A stretch of DNA of 64,000 nt from Eledone cirrhosa (Eukaryota): the NCBI GenBank assembly GCA_964016885.1, contig OZ024740.1:264492001-264556000 (forward strand), given 5' to 3'. The notes beneath the pieces were generated by a model. It was not told where the DNA came from, searched no databases, and worked only from the letters and a program-made list of their open reading frames with translations. Both the position numbers and the translations under genes were made by a program. Shown piece by piece: positions 15,251 to 30,505 of the stretch; positions within the stretch are counted from its first letter, which is position 1; every line of letters begins with the position of its first letter.

Positions 15251-16000
15251 TTACACACATACTTCCGGATAATAAACCGATGTAAATCTCGTAACAGAAA
15301 CAACCTGCTCTATAAAATTGGATTAAAGAACACTGAGCCGCAGCAAGCTAAAATAATTTAATTTAATACATCAAACATCATAGCGAAATCATCGTTAATC
15401 ATGTGAAGTATGTATAAACTATATATTACGTTTCTTGAATGTGAAAATGGTTGTGGATATAAAAACCATAACTTTCTTTTGCTTCTCCTTAATACTATTT
15501 TTTCTGCACGCATACTTCTGTATCATATACAAAAAATACCTTACCACTACAACCTCCATAATACTCTTACTTACCCGCTTTATGTGCTTCTATTACATGT
15601 AACACCCTGCCGCACAATAATCATATATAAATGAGACACACGTGCATACCCCACGTGTAACTAACGCATAAAATAACTAAAATAACTACTACATCTGACT
15701 AACAAACTATCCTCTTGCATTATCTATGTTAACTGCCGATTGTATTTTAATTTTGCTTTGATTTTGCTTTAATGTGATTTTGATTTTGAATTTGAATTGC
15801 TATACAGAAATATAATATAATATATGCCACTCCACTGTACATCAATATATACATATGTATCTGTATTCTCTTGCGTTGGAAAGTAGGTCAAACATGTGTA
15901 CAAACATTGAAAAATGCTCCCAAGACTCCAAGCCTAGGTTTGGATGAAACAATTGTAAGTGAATAAATGCATGCTTTGAACACAGCTTTGATTCTTGTGA

Positions 16001-16032
<32 letters not shown>

Positions 16033-16039
16033 AGCAAGG

Positions 16040-16086
<47 letters not shown>

Positions 16087-17090
16087 AAGGTTTAGCAAAT
16101 AAGAAAAAGTTTTAAAATAAATTTTAAAAAATTCGCTGTACTCACTATGGTTACCTATACGGATTCGGTTTCGAGCCTCAAAAATAAATGGAGATACCTT
16201 GCAGTCTTTCCATTTCAAAGATAAACTCTCGTCAGAAGGATCTTTTCACTCGGGGAATATAAAATTCACGAGTTCAAATTACGAACTGGCGCTATTCAAA
16301 ATTGTTCCCGAGATGAGAATAAATGATGTGGAAGCAATTCCGTCCAGTGCCGTGTGTAAAGATAGAAGCAAAGGCAGGGAGGTCAGTCTACTACCACTAT
16401 AACTAGCAGCAGTCAGAACGACCAAATTTTTTCTCGACTAAGAGGAGATTAATAATAATAAAGTATATATCCTTACACGCAAAAAGCGTCTAGGGACACA
16501 TGTATTGTCCAACCATATGTCAATGTAGTTCAGTGGCTGGTTAATAAATTAACTAGCCAGAACATATATAATCAAGGTTTAGCAAACAAGAAAAAGTTTC
16601 AAAATAAATTTTAAAAAATTTGCTGTACTCACTATGGTTACCTTTACCGAATCGGTTTCGAGTCTCAAAAATAAATGGACAGTCCTTGCGGTCTTTCCAT
16701 TTCAAAGATAAACTCTCGTCAGAAGGATCTTTTCACTCGGAGAATATAAAATTCACGAGTTCAAATTACGAATTGGCGCTATTCAAAATTGTTCCCGAGA
16801 TGAGAATAAATGATGTGGAAGCAATTCCGTCCAGTGCCGTGTGTAAAGTTAGAAGCAAAGGCAGGGAGGTCAGTCTACTACCACTATAACTAGCAGCAGT
16901 CAGAACAACCAAATTGTTTCACGACTAAGAGGAGCATAATAATAATAAAGTATATATCCCTACACGCAAAAAGCGTCTAGGGACACATGTATTGTCCAAC
17001 CATATGCCAATGTGGTTCAATGGCAGGTTAATAAATTAACGAGCCAGAACGTATATAATCAACGTTTCACAAGTAAGAAAAAGTTTTAAA

Positions 17091-17096
<6 letters not shown>
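16087..17096. repeat. About 2.1 tandem copies of a ~487-bp unit embedded in (AT)n; candidate degenerate HHR on the minus strand
   Basis: AAGGTTTAGCAAA recurs at 16087 and 16574, with a partial copy near 17060. Minus strand UCCUU-CUGACGA-gaguuuaucuuu-GAAA-UGGaaagaCCG-C-AAGGA at 16683-16727 (U16.1 missing). Confidence 0.8.
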
Positions 17097-17129
<33 letters not shown>

Positions 17130-17178
17130 CATATATATATATGTATATACATATATATATATACATATATTTATATAC

Positions 17179-17224
<46 letters not shown>

Positions 17225-17230
17225 ACATAC

Positions 17231-17261
<31 letters not shown>

Positions 17262-17291
17262 CATATACATATATATATACATATATATATT

Positions 17292-17377
<86 letters not shown>

Positions 17378-17388
17378 CAAGGCCTATA

Positions 17389-17452
<64 letters not shown>

Positions 17453-17502
17453 ATACAATAACAGAGATAGCTTAACGCTAAACTCCGGCTGGTAACCATC
17501 TC

Positions 17503-17637
<135 letters not shown>

Positions 17638-17640
17638 CAT

Positions 17641-18103
17641 GTAAAGTTATATTTAAAATTGTTGGGTTACAACTAGTAAATATTTATAACTGATATAAAA
17701 GCACTCGACAAATATTTGGAGTATATTTACAATATTAAATAAATGGAAAACTATATTTATAAAACCATATTTATTTCATTATATATATTTCGGGGATATC
17801 ATATTAACAATATGCTATGCCTTCATCAGACAAAATACAATATAAACAGTTTTATAGATAAATATATTCGACATACCGTAATAAACATCAACTTCATTTG
17901 GAGAGGTTTTACTGCTGGCGTAAACCTCTCCAAATGAAGTTGATGTTTATTACGGTATGTCGAATATATTTATCTATAAAACTGTTTATATTGTATTTTG
18001 TCTGATGAAGGCATAGCATATTGTTAATATGATATCCCCGAAATATATATAATGAAATAAATATGGTTTTATAAATATAGTTTTCCATTTATTTAATATT
18101 GTA
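17641..18103. mobile_element. Near-perfect palindromic element in (AT)n (HHR family C); 182-bp arms 17728-17909 / 17922-18103
   Basis: Arms read as exact reverse complements by eye. HHR cores at 17772-17837 (-) and 17994-18059 (+): UAUUUUGU-CUGAUGA-...-GAAA-UAUAUA-UA-AUGAAAUA. Confidence 0.88.
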
Positions 18104-18105
18104 TA

Positions 18106-18146
<41 letters not shown>

Positions 18147-18150
<4 letters not shown>

Positions 18151-18245
18151 TGAACTAACTGTTGTGTAACCACTCCTACCTAACTCGTCCCATGGCCTGA
18201 GTGCTTTACCACTACGAATCTTACCTTCCAGTGTTCCACCACTAT
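18147..18245 (+). mobile_element. 3' fragment of HHR family F element in (AT)n
   Basis: Reverse-complement match to 46047-46145. Confidence 0.75.
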
Positions 18246-18249
18246 ATAC

Positions 18250-18308
<59 letters not shown>

Positions 18309-19130
18309 CGCATATATCTATATATATATACTTTTTTTTTAGTTAAACAAAGCCGTACGTGTGCGTGTGTGTGTGTATGTGTGTATTTGTGTGTGTGTGT
18401 GTATTTGTGTGTGTTTGTGTATTTGTGTGTGTGTGTGTTGTTGTTTAGAAAACGTAAGAGAAAAACAAACATAACGATAATACCCGCTCTCCGGTTCTCT
18501 GCTATAAGTCACTAACGTTTCGACGCATCATTAAATATATGCGTTAATAACTAAGAGTAATTGTTATCAAAGAAGAAAACAACAAAAAACAGAGACGATA
18601 GTGAAGAGGACGGCAGAAAAAGAAAACCATACCAATGGAGATGGGGGGAAGACGTAACAGTAGTACATGTAAGTTGCAATTACGAATGGGAGAGAGAGAC
18701 AAGTTAAAAAGAAGACCGAATGTAAATTTGAATCCGTATTAACAGCACGAGAGAGAGCGAAAAGAAAAAAAACCTGTAATCATAGCGAGAACATCCGCAA
18801 AGAGGGGGCGACGAAGGAAAACAACAGAAGGGAGATAGGGAGGGGGAAGTGGTAAGGGAGCAGAGAGACAAGGGGAGAAAGAAAATAGATGGTGAAAAAG
18901 AAACAGAATACGTGAGTGGGAGAGAGAGCGAGAGTGGGAATTAGTGAGTGGAAGAGAGTGAGAAAGAGAGTGAAAGAAAGAGGGAGAAAGGAGGAAGGAA
19001 AAGTGTTAATCCAAAATGGCAGAACTTAGGTTCAAAACCGAAATTAGCAACAAGCGAGATATGGAGGATAGAACGGAGGTCACAGCAATAAATTAAAATG
19101 AATTAAAATTGACAAAGGCACAGTGTGGTT

Positions 19131-19201
<71 letters not shown>

Positions 19202-19272
19202 TATATATATACAGATATATATATACAGATATATATATATACAGATATATATATACAGATATATATATATAC

Positions 19273-19342
<70 letters not shown>

Positions 19343-19351
19343 ATATATGTG

Positions 19352-19385
<34 letters not shown>

Positions 19386-20200
19386 CACGTGTGTGTGTGT
19401 GTGTTCCTGTGTCTGTCTGTGTATGCATATGTGTATTTGTAGGGGCACACATATGCGTGTTCAAACAAATATAACTATCTTTATGCAGGATTCTATACTG
19501 TATACATATGCTTTCCTCATACATTCTACATCCATTCATCTCCTGATTCTTTTCTTCACGTTATCATATATGTCAATACAACTCTTATGCTATTCTTCCG
19601 TGTTTAATTAAAATTTCGACTAGGGTATCTTTGATAAGTTTATTTGTGTTAATGATCATATTCATGCTATTAGTTTCAAAATCTTTTGTACACTGTTTAC
19701 CTACTTCGGTTTGTTATTGGAGAAGGCAAAAAATATAGAAGTCCAGCTCTGAATTCATTGATATAATGTTAGGCAAAATATTGATTTAAATTTTTAGAGA
19801 ATCATTTCCATTCTGATATATGCTTTACCATTGAAACGAAGGAATTTTAACTTTGCTTCCCCACAGCTACGCTAAATATTTTAAGAGAAAGACTCATATA
19901 AATGACAAAATTCTACGTAATTTCTAAATGTGATATTAATAATCATTCTATGTACCATTGTTTTCAGAAAATTTTCGCCATCATAAAACTGTGTTATTTA
20001 AGAGGAAACAATGCAAGTCTAATGCAAATTCTGCCATCAGAAATTATAACTTTTCTTCAATTCGATTATTATAAATTAACAATATGATGCAGGGCACAAA
20101 TACATGTGCACACATTTACACAGGTATATATGCCTTGTCTCGCAAACACACACATGAATAGCTACATACATACACACAGACACACACTCATACATATATA

Positions 20201-20308
<108 letters not shown>

Positions 20309-21096
20309 GAGAGAGAGAGAGAGATAGAGAGAGAGCGGTAGAGAGAGAGAGAGAGAACGAAAGAAAGAATGTGAGAGAGAGAGGGAGTGCAGATTGGAAA
20401 TAGATATGAACAATCAATTTCAACAAATATATTTGTTGTGTCTTAGAGTACAATGAAGTATTAATTTAATGCTGGTGAGAAAGAAAATCAATATACGCCG
20501 TGGTGCCACTGGCTAAATATATGTACAAGTAGCTGTTGATCCTGTTTCAATTCCAGATTCAAGCCCGTGTATTTGAAATTGATATTGTAGCAATTTTAAA
20601 TCGTTCTATACTATAATGTTTCCTACGCCAATAGCCGTTACAATATGAGTCAACTAGTGAAAAATTCTGCAAAGTTTCTGAAAAGTAGGGTAGATTTGTG
20701 TGTAACTCAATATAGTATTGATGTGTGTATAGGTTTTTCCACCACAACAACAATCATATTTTCTGCAATTCATATTGAAAAAGCAATACGTTGAATGTTA
20801 TCTCTGGTGATAAATGTTCAGCGTCTGGAATTTCAGTTAAACCTATTGTCAATCCTGGCGGAAATGAGACTATAAAATGTTTCTAATTCAAATTCCTTAA
20901 CTACGACAAATATGTCTCAGATTGCAGGGTCTGACACAAAATATTGAAGGTAAATGCACATTTGAAGTCACCGTAATTTGTAAATGCTTTATTAATTGAA
21001 ACATTGGGTTAAAAAAGTAAATGAAATACGTCATTGCGGCTCACATATAAGTTACAACCAAAGAAAATCTTGTTAGTTATTTATCTGATATTATTA

Positions 21097-21290
21097 GGGC
21101 GGTGGATTGGCAGTATCGGTAGAGGGTCGGACGCCATGCTTTGAGGTATAGAGTTACGGCCCTTGCCATTGTGAGTTCAAATCACGCCGAGGTTAACTTT
21201 GCCTTTCATCCTTACGGGGTCGATAAAATAAAGTACCAGTAATTTACTGGTTAATTGCTGGCCTTGTGCCAAAAGTAGAAACAATTATTA
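21097..21290 (+). mobile_element. tRNA-derived SINE, full length
   Basis: A box TGGCAGTATCGG, B box GAGTTCAAATC; same body and tail as the other copies. Confidence 0.88.
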
Positions 21291-21489
21291 CAATATAAAA
21301 ATCAAGAATCAGAAACATTTACCAAATAGAATAGCATATTCATGAATTGCAACATATATGCATAAATAGACAACACAAATAAACACGGATATAGGCAAAC
21401 ACGCACATATATAATTCTATAATTTAGACACTGATACTACGTGAAACAATTTGCAATTTGTGGTGACAGTCAAGTTTGCAAATTTCAAG

Positions 21490-22108
21490 TTGAAGGTCTC
21501 GCCAGTGTTCATTTATGAACACTGGCGAGACCTTCAAGATAAGTAAAGAATCATCTGTACTCTACCAACATGCTAAAATAGAACATACGGGTAAATTAGA
21601 GAACATAGAAATAAAAATAGAATCTACACACAGAAAAGACGCAATGTTTAGACAAATCACAGACGCAATAAACATAAATGAACTCCAACCAAAATTAAAT
21701 AGAAAAGTGGGGTGGAACAGCAACATCACAACTTACGCACATAGAACAAACAACCAACCATTAACATGTAAATAAACAAATAAATAAACGAATATAAACA
21801 CACACAGACACCCGGATGTAACACATGCGCAAACTAAGCACAAAACACACACACAAAATCAAGATGGCGTAGGGCAGAACAAAGGAGAGGCACAAAAACA
21901 AAGAAAAGAATCCCCAGTCACTGAAGAGGTCACATAATGTGTGACGAAAGAACTTTGACAATATATAAACAATCATCTGGTTGTGGAACCAACCAACCAA
22001 CCAACCGGAAATTTATAAATTATTAAATTTATAAATGTATTATAATAAATTGAAGTGAAAACTATGGTGCGTGTGTTTCTTATTGGCAACATGACCCTCC
22101 CAAAGTAT

Positions 22109-22112
<4 letters not shown>
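21490..22112 (+). mobile_element. Short 3' copy of the 13.3-14.8 kb PLE with a 5' fold-back and a pLTR HHR (21917-21959)
   Basis: Encodes SVLYQHAKIEH...RQITDAININELQPKLNRK (GIY-YIG C-terminus); 23-bp perfect hairpin 21490-21537; GUCA-CUGAAGA-g GUCACA..UGUGAC-GAAA-GAAC-UU-UGAC; ends in (AT)n. Confidence 0.85.
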
Positions 22113-22149
<37 letters not shown>

Positions 22150-22369
22150 TATATGATATATATATATATATATACATGGAATATCACAAAATTATAGGAT
22201 CTCAATCACGGAAGTAGCGGTAAATCCTGAGAGGGTCTGAGGTGGGCGCTCGGCGTTTCTAGAGCAATTTGTAAACCCCATCCCCTCTCCAGATCTGAAT
22301 ACAACAGATTTCTTCCAGAGAAGGATAGAAAGAGTGACAGGATTGAAGTGAAAAAGAGATATAGAGGAA

Positions 22370-22520
22370 GAATCTACACCGCTACTACACTTTTACTTTT
22401 TATCGACCTTAAATGGATGAAAGACAAAGTTGTTTTCAGTGGAATTTGAACCCAGAGAGCTCCGTAAATTCAGCAAAGTACTATCTGCGATGTTCTAAAG
22501 ACTTTGTTAATTTTCCGCCT
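22370..22520 (-). mobile_element. Diverged SINE fragment
   Basis: TTTATCGACC..AATGGATGAAAGACAAAGTT..GGAATTTGAACCCAGA resembles the reverse complement of the SINE body. Confidence 0.6.
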
Positions 22521-22528
22521 TATATATG

Positions 22529-22661
<133 letters not shown>

Positions 22662-22694
22662 TAAAGACTCAGACGTGCAGGCTATTTTTAAAAT

Positions 22695-22727
<33 letters not shown>

Positions 22728-23327
22728 GCACGCGTGTGTGCGTCTGTTTTTGTATGTGTGTGTGACTGTGTGTGAGTGTGTGTGTGTTTGTGTGTGTTTG
22801 TATGTGTGTGCCTGAAGCATCTGTCTCTGTGTGTGTGTCTGTGTCTGTGTCTGTGTGTGTCTGTGTGTTTTGTGAAAACCCTATTGGCTTGTACTACGAA
22901 AATCTGCTAATAATCTACGTCCGGTAGGTTAGCGGCATTTAGTGCTGTTAACCAGCTAGGAGAAAGAAATGCACAACGGATACATTCATTTTAAGCTGCA
23001 CTTTATTCTCACATTTTCTCTTTCTACATTTTTTCTCATTCTCTCTGGCGTCCGCTTTTTTTTTCTACGTTGTTTCACTTCATTTTTCTCTTTCATTCGC
23101 ACTTTCTCTACGGGCAGGAAAAGACAACCAATGTACTTTAAATAGAATGAACGAACAACCCACAGCTGGCATGACATGTCAAATTTGCCTTTAGATATAT
23201 ATTCAAGCTGGCGCCATGTATAAAGCGAGGGTACAGTGCGCGAAGTATTTGTCGGGTCAACTTGTTAAGGAAGTCATAATGAGCCAAGTGTAAACACACT
23301 GGGAAGAGAAGATTGATGCTAAGAGCT

Positions 23328-23359
<32 letters not shown>

Positions 23360-23360
23360 G

Positions 23361-23426
<66 letters not shown>

Positions 23427-24043
23427 GATACAAACAAAAGATAAAAGAGAAAAACGGTGGAGGTGCTTAGCGCACAACAACCTAGTATTCGCTTCGGGGT
23501 TCGTTGTTAATTGTGGATTCATTTTTATTCCTATCCCCAATATTTTCTTGAAAGGCCCTGCAGTCAAAATTGCTAGGTTGACATTGGTAAGTTAAATGCG
23601 GATGTACCTAATGGGCAGGAACACCTCTAGAACATAGAGGCAGACATCCAGGCTGGCATTCACAAAAGGAATATTCTCAAAATACGGCAGCAAGAAGAAA
23701 TTATTTTGAACATAAACAAGAAGCAATATTTTGTACATCAAATATATGTAAATAAACGAAGATGAGTAAAACAAAATGAAAGTAAGCAATGGCGGTAGAA
23801 AGATAACAAATATATGGTTGATGTGTAAATGTCTAACATTATAAGTTTGATGTTACTGAATGATTAATGAGCGTCTGTGATAAAATCCAGAAAATGCCGG
23901 TATTTAGAAGATATCGTAGATTATGAAAGAAGCAACTTTGAATACATGCACACACTGTGTGTGTGTGTGTGTTTCCGTATTTATGTAAATATAAATTAAA
24001 TGTATGTATATCAATAGAATATGCATATATTTATATATATATA

Positions 24044-24402
24044 TATGCAAAAGTTCTATTTAAAATTGTTGGGATACAACAAGTAAATATTTTTATAACT
24101 GATATAAAGTGCTCGACAAATTTTTGGAGTAGATATACGATATTAATCTCTCTGTCTTTGTTCTTTTCTCTTTCTTTCTCTCCGTCTTTTTCTAATTGTG
24201 CTTAACACTTTGAATCACTATCCAGACAGCCTCCAAAAGTAATGGTTGTATTTTAAAGGGTACGTCAAAACTATTTGTAAAACTGTTATATATTGTATTT
24301 AGTCTGATGAAGGCATACCATAATTTAATGTGGTATCCCTGAAATATGTATAATGAAATAAATATGGTTTTATAAATATAGTTTCCATTAATTAATATCG
24401 TA
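24044..24402. mobile_element. HHR family C element with inverted segment (24044-24147 inverted; HHR 24296-24360 +)
   Basis: 24044-24147 is the reverse complement of 25269-25372; the remainder is a direct match to 25025-25280. Confidence 0.8.
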
Positions 24403-24423
24403 TATATATATATATATATATAG

Positions 24424-24524
<101 letters not shown>

Positions 24525-24739
24525 GTGTATGTGTGTGTGTGTGTGTGTGCGTGTGTAGAACTCGAGAGAAAACGGGGATGACTACACAGTTAAAAAGGTG
24601 CTCAATATATTAGTAGAGTGTAAATATTTAATATAGAAATGGCTCCTAACCGAAAATAAATGTTTCATTCCTGATGATTTCAGATGAATAAAACCGTTCT
24701 AATCATGTAGAATCCATTTCTTTATTGAATATATGATAT

Positions 24740-25439
<700 letters not shown>

Positions 25440-25689
25440 CGTGTGTGTATGTGTGTGTGTGTGTGTGTACAGTGAAAAATACTATTGGCGTTAGAATATG
25501 TTCTATGCAGATCATTTTATATAAGGAAAATGATTGTAAACAGGGTTTGAAAAGCACACCTGGCATATATATAAAAAGGACCTTTATAACATGTACAAAA
25601 ATTAATGTTAATTGTCAGCAAAGTCTGCTATCTTTGTTTTGGATAATCAAAACATTTGTGATCAGGTTAAATTTATTTTAGTTAAAACT

Positions 25690-26850
25690 GCTGCTTGATG
25701 ATTCTCGGCCACATTGGTTTGTTTAGCTTCTGTCCTTGCTAAAGTAAGCGATACAACTGATTTCTTCGATGTCGATTGTGTCACAAGATGAGAAGCTCTA
25801 CCTACCTTTCTTGAGTGTTGAAAAATGATGTCGCCATCTTGGTTTCTATTTTTTTCTGATAAACAGTTTCTCTTTATTCATTCTTGTTCTATTATTTTGT
25901 AACTAGATTGGAACAATGGGAAAACATTGAGGTTTGTCAGCTTTTTACCTCTGCATTCTTCTATATGTTTGTTTAGAGAGATGTTTCTAGTATACGTGTT
26001 CTTTTTTGCTGCCTATGGACTCTCATTCTTTGTCAGAGTGTCAACTCCGTCTGTCCTACATAATGTTCGTGGCAACCTTGGCAGGTTAAGACGTGAAATA
26101 ATTTTCCTAGTTTCAAGTGAAGTTATTTTTAATTTTGAAGATGAGTCCGTCTTTGAAGTGAAATTTAGGACCTTCCGATACGAACGTCATGCCCATTCTG
26201 CAACGGGGTCGGTTGCATCTTTTTGAAAGAGGTGCTGAAATTGTGGTTTGCAGCTCTACCCTTGTCAATACATTTGTTAATGATTTCGACTGTCGTTTAC
26301 TCTTAATTATAGTATAATTGTGTAAGAGGTTTTTCATTTGTTTTGTCTGTTTGTGGTTTAGATAGGTTTAGTTGTATGTGTGTATAAATTTCTGTGTTTT
26401 GGGGGTTGCAGGTTGAGTTATATGGTACGTCTTTTTATTCTTCTTTCGGTTTTGTTTCTTGGAGGACTTGAATATTAAATTTTATTGATTTTTCAATGCT
26501 ATTGCTGATTAGATTTAGAGGGTATTTTTTCTTGATGAATATATCTTCCATCTCCTCTAACCTGTGGTCCCTTGTTGTGTTTGAAACTTTGCACAGATTC
26601 ACTTAGCTAGGTTAAGTTGAATGTTGATGCATTTATGAGCTGGATGAATAGATCTGAAGAGGAGGTACTATCGGGGGTCTGTGGTTTTAAAAGATATGTC
26701 AGATTCTAAATCTGCTTTAATTTTGGTGATTAATATGTCTAATAAAGGGAGATTTTCGTTACTAAATTCCATAGCGCATTGGTTGTTAGAGTTTGTATCA
26801 TTAATGAGGGCTTGAAAATTCCTCAGATTATCAAGATTTTCCCTCAACAA
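25690..26850 (-). mobile_element. Decayed PLE of a second subtype (RT C-terminus + GIY-YIG)
   Basis: LPLLDILITK...ISFKTTDPR*YLLFRSIHP; RCNRPRC...FKIKNNFT followed by frameshifted TCQGCHEHYVGQT (GIY-YIG). Confidence 0.75.
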
Positions 26851-27632
26851 TATAAAACTGTCATTAGATTATGTCTGTAGTTCCCTATGTTGGGTTTATT
26901 ATCTCTGATGTTGGGATTTTTGTTTATTGTTTTGTCTTTAGTTGTATTTTCCCGGATTTGCCCGGGATTGTTATGGTACATCCGGGTGTGGGGATATCTT
27001 GGAAATCTTCCGATTAACCTTTCGTCAAAATTTCTGTCGAAGTCTCGTCTAAATTGGAGTTGTGCTGTGAGGGCGGGTGTCAGCATGGGTTTTAGTGTTG
27101 TTGATTTTTACTTTTTCAACAAAGGATTTTTTCATTGTATTCTTTTTTATTAAATTCTTCTTCATAATATGAGAACTAATTGTTATTTTTCTCCCATCTG
27201 CGCAGGGAGGTTATCTCTTCGGTCTCACATTCTTCTTGTTTTCATTGTTTTTTAAAGTGGTATTTTTTAGAACTTCAATTTCCATTCGTTCATCAATGTC
27301 CTTGTATGTTTGTTCAGTTATACTCGCTCCTAATTTCATGAGTTCAATTTCAATCCGCATTTTTTCAAGAGACAGCTTTTGCCCTAGCTGATTTTGCGGT
27401 TCTATTTCCCCGTATTAGTTTAATTTTTAACTTCCTTTGCAATGCCAGGCGACAGAACTATTGCTCTATGCTCTGATAGCCCCACAGTGAGAAACAAACT
27501 GCAAGAACTTGACGCAGTCCAACGAATCTGCACCAAGAGGGTTGCCTAAATGAATTAAATGAGTGACTGGGAGAGGCTGAAAAATATAAAGTAACACAAA
27601 CAATATTCAATTGTATATATATATATATATAT

Positions 27633-28279
27633 ATATGAATGAAAAATAGAGCGAGAAACGGGACTGTCCATCATCAGTGATCTTCTGACTATCATCGATA
27701 TTTCTTCGTATTAAAGACCTCAAAATCAATGCGAGCAATAACTAAAATAAATTATTGGGACAGAGCGAATTGGGTGGAGAAAGAGGGACAGTAAGCAAAC
27801 AGAAGTAGTAATGCAACGTAAAGAGAGGAAATGAGTGACAAGTCAATGATACATGTGGAATTAAGTTCGACCAAATCAACGACGAGAAGACAGCAGACGC
27901 ATCCCAACCCTGCGAAATGTGAGCAAGAAAAGGATTTCATACAGGTTAGACGGGAGGAAGTGAGAGAGAGAGGGAGCAGCAGAGATTGAGTGAGTGAAAG
28001 TGTGAGGAAGAGGCCAGCCGAGAGAGTGTGACCAGCAGAGGGAGTGAATGAAAGCAAGAGGTACAAGGAGAGAGAAGGGGGAGAGAGAAAGAGGATAGCA
28101 GTAAGGTGGTAGAAAAAGACGAACCACAGCGAGGGGGAAAAATTATATATGAAAGAAAAAATGGCGTGCTTCGTTGTTGCGAGTGTGATACATATGAATG
28201 GAAAATAGACCGAGAAACAGGACTGTCCATCATCAGTGATCTTCTGACTATCATCGATATTTCTTTGCATTAAAGACCA
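27633..28279. repeat. Element with ~87-bp terminal direct repeat (27633-27719 / 28192-28279; period about 559)
   Basis: GAGAAAC.GGACTGTCCATCATCAGTGATCTTCTGACTATCATCGATATTTCTT..TTAAAGACC is present twice; starts at an (AT)n tract. Confidence 0.75.
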
Positions 28280-28457
28280 TTATATTTGAAAAAAAGGAAA
28301 ATAATGATTTCACTTGTAGTGCTAAATAATTTAATTTAATTTTATAATATTATAATATTACGAGTTGGTAGATCTAGTAAGTTCTTTGTTTACTTCGGTG
28401 GGAAGAATTTCAAAGATTCCTGGTTAACTTTGTTGGAGAACTTTCTCGTATTTTCCA

Positions 28458-28489
<32 letters not shown>

Positions 28490-30199
28490 ATACAATTTAA
28501 TATTCTTTGTGTTACGTTCTCATTGCCAGCTTTTAACATTTTCGCAGGTAATCCATCTGATCCATGTGTATTCCCATAATTAATCTGGTAGATAGGCAGG
28601 TTTATTTCATCAGAAGCCGGTAATCGATCGATTCTGAAATTTACAACATACTGTTTTCTATAACATCATGATCAACTAACAATTAATAAACAAATAAATC
28701 AGTGAAGTGCTGTTACCAAGGATTTCTTCTGGTTCTTTACTGATGGGAGTGTTGACTTTGGACCACATAGGAATTATAGACGACGTTGTTGAGCTATATA
28801 TTTCATGCAATGTCTTAGAAGTGGTGCCACAGCGTCTGTTTCCAATTTTAAAGCTTACATCTTTCGAATGAGGATGTGTAGAAATTATCCTTCCCCCGGT
28901 TGTTCACTTTTAATTAAGTGACAGATTCGATATACCAGACAAATCTAGAATGATCCTTCCGACTGTCTTCCTCACAGTTTACATCTTCCAACTGTTATTA
29001 CGTTTGACGCGAATACAAATTAAACTCCACCTATCCAAAATTTTGCACGATGAGAACGAACATGACACCAGGAAGTTACGAGGGAAAATTATTATACACT
29101 GCGTCTATATGGGAAAATTCTTTTAGAGGGATGTTAGGATTCTATAGTATTGCAATAAAAATGGAGAAAAGATAAAAATGTGGATTATTCTCTTCATTTA
29201 CTCTGGTTTGCCTGATAACATGACTGATTATACAAATATATCATTATGCTTTAGCTCTCATTTTGCATATACATGTTTGTTATACATATATATCCACTGT
29301 ATATACTAAAAAATTTAGTAACTTTCTGTCTATTGATATACATTCATCTATCATTTGAAAGTTTACTCTGAAAACTTCTCTCTATGTGTGTTTCTAATTT
29401 ATCTTGTCATTGATACATTGCATATCTGAATAATTTCCATAGCTTTCCTTTAGCTATGTTGGCACATTCCATTCATTCTTCCCTCTAGACACTTGTGCTT
29501 TATTTGGATATCTCAGGGGAGTTATTTCCCCTTAATTCCTCTTTGAACAGTGTCACTTTATTTCCCTGCTAGTCTTAATCGTCTAACGTCATTAATATGA
29601 ATCACACATGGTGTTGCTCTCTGATTCATCATTCTTTATACTATTCTAAATTCCTAATATTCTACAACAATCCTCAAATTACGAATGCACGTATGCACAC
29701 ACATGCACATACATGTGCGCACACAAACAAATACAAGCGACACAGCCTTATAGAGAAACAACTGAATTATATATATATATAATACAAGCATGCACAACAT
29801 GCAGCTGCAAATTCAGATGAAGGCGCTAAGTCATGTCCCTGAAGGGCATGTTTATAGTTATAATTTTATTTAAATAATGAGGAATCTTCATATTGTATTC
29901 AATGTTTCCTCTTTATAAAAACATACATTCATCAGTGTACACTAAAATGTGCTGTGTTTGTGAAGAGGAATTAGTTTGTAAATAGATTTGTCCTTCTCAT
30001 TTATCTATGTTTCTGGGAAACTATCAGGGTTCTTGAATGCCACAAATGCTGGGAGAATATGTGGATATTGTCTTGCTGAAAATATATAAACGTATTCTAT
30101 TTACCGTATATATATACTCATATTTTATAAGCATACGTTTTATGAGATATCTTCTATTTCAGCAGAAAATAAATTAAATAATTAATAGGGTAACGTAGC

Positions 30200-30464
30200 T
30201 AATTCTCCGAATTGAAAGAGCACATCACCGATATTAAGAGCATGGGGTTTGAATGTCACAGGAAAATATTGCTGGAGAGGTTCTACGGGCAAACCCAGCT
30301 GGCAGAAGAAAGGTGGAAAGACACCGAGCAAGATTGTTGGATAACATCCAATGAGCTTGGCTGGTCTCGATTGGGTATCCAGTCGGATCAGTTGGTGACG
30401 GTTGCTTTTAACAGGACACGCTGGAAGCAGTGTTTGAGGACGCTGCTCCCACGACCCTCACAGA

Positions 30465-30504
<40 letters not shown>
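30200..30504 (+). mobile_element. 3' end of an RTE-like LINE with (TAA)n tail
   Basis: ...RWKDTEQDC...LVTVAFNRTRWKQCL...* resembles RTE-clade C-termini; the stop codon runs directly into (TAA)n. Confidence 0.55.

Positions 30505-30505
<1 letters not shown>

Noticed and set aside
27752-28270. 172-aa minus-strand ORF
   Set aside because: Low-complexity CT-rich translation inside a repeat unit.
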